Source: Chiloscyllium plagiosum (lineage: Eukaryota). From it: a stretch of 22,914 nt of DNA. Every line of letters starts with the position of its first letter. Within the stretch, counting starts at the first letter, position 1. Location of the stretch: NCBI RefSeq assembly GCF_004010195.1, contig NC_057719.1:85176558-85199471 (forward strand). The letters are read 5' to 3'. Shown here in pieces: positions 22,646 to 22,914 of this stretch. The notes beneath the pieces were generated by a model. That model was not told the origin of the DNA. It saw only the letters and a program-made list of their open reading frames with translations, and did not search any database. The position numbers were made by a program, and so were the translations under genes.

Positions 22646-22880
22646 GGAAATGTGTTGCTGGAAAAGCGCAGCAGGTCAGGCAGCATCTAGGGAACAGGAG
22701 AATCGACGTTTCGGGCATTAGCCCTTCTTCAGGAATGAGGAAAGTTGGTCCAGCAGGCTAAGATAAAAGATAGGGAGGAGGGACTTGGGGGAGGGGCGTC
22801 GGAAATGTGATAGGTGGAAAGAGGTCAAGGTGAGGGTGATAGGTCAGACTGGGGTGGGGGCGGAGAGGTCGGGAAGAGGA
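22646..22880 (-). mobile_element. Penelope-like element family B pLTR/3' region, younger copy
   Basis: Same gctggaaaagcgcagcaggtcaggcagcatc core with CpGs retained; extends about 140 bp upstream of the hammerhead (purine-rich on plus). Confidence 0.8.
22700..22737 (-). ncRNA. Minimal hammerhead ribozyme motif with intact core (PLE family B)
   Basis: Minus strand: cattc-CTGAAGA-A-GGGC-TAAT-GCCC-GAAAC-GTC-gattc. All core nucleotides present, 4-bp stem II, palindromic ACGT stem III, GUC cleavage triplet, short stem I. Confidence 0.82.
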
Positions 22881-22914
22881 TTTCACCAGTTTCCTCATTT
22901 CCCCTCCCCACACC

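Noticed and set aside
22881..22914. Possible start of an inverted PLE arm at the window end
   Set aside because: The switch from purine-rich to pyrimidine-rich sequence is suggestive, but only 34 nt are visible.

Overview
Eukaryotic (vertebrate) intronic DNA made up mostly of decayed non-LTR retroelements. From my recollection of the CR1 tails and Penelope families, it is most likely a cartilaginous fish (inference). I find one convincing host exon: a 103-nt minus-strand exon (17935-18037, YHSKPEFCWRLARAYCDMVELAKDQIEKKSFLVN-G) of a regulator-of-microtubule-dynamics gene (RMDN2/RMDN3 family). The rest is a mosaic of CR1 LINE copies (one near full length, 11428-15281), a truncated L1-clade element (4935-8054), L2 and older LINE relics, a GA microsatellite with a 500-N scaffold gap, and seven insertions derived from Penelope-like element (PLE) ends. 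These PLE ends carry minimal hammerhead-ribozyme motifs from three distinct sequence families. One family occurs repeatedly as short (~200-270 bp) non-coding fold-back units, two with clean 14-15 bp target-site duplications, suggesting a hammerhead-bearing mini-element. A 74-bp templated insertion with a snap-back tail (8451-8531) and an inverted CR1 body/tail junction (~2885) are also visible.
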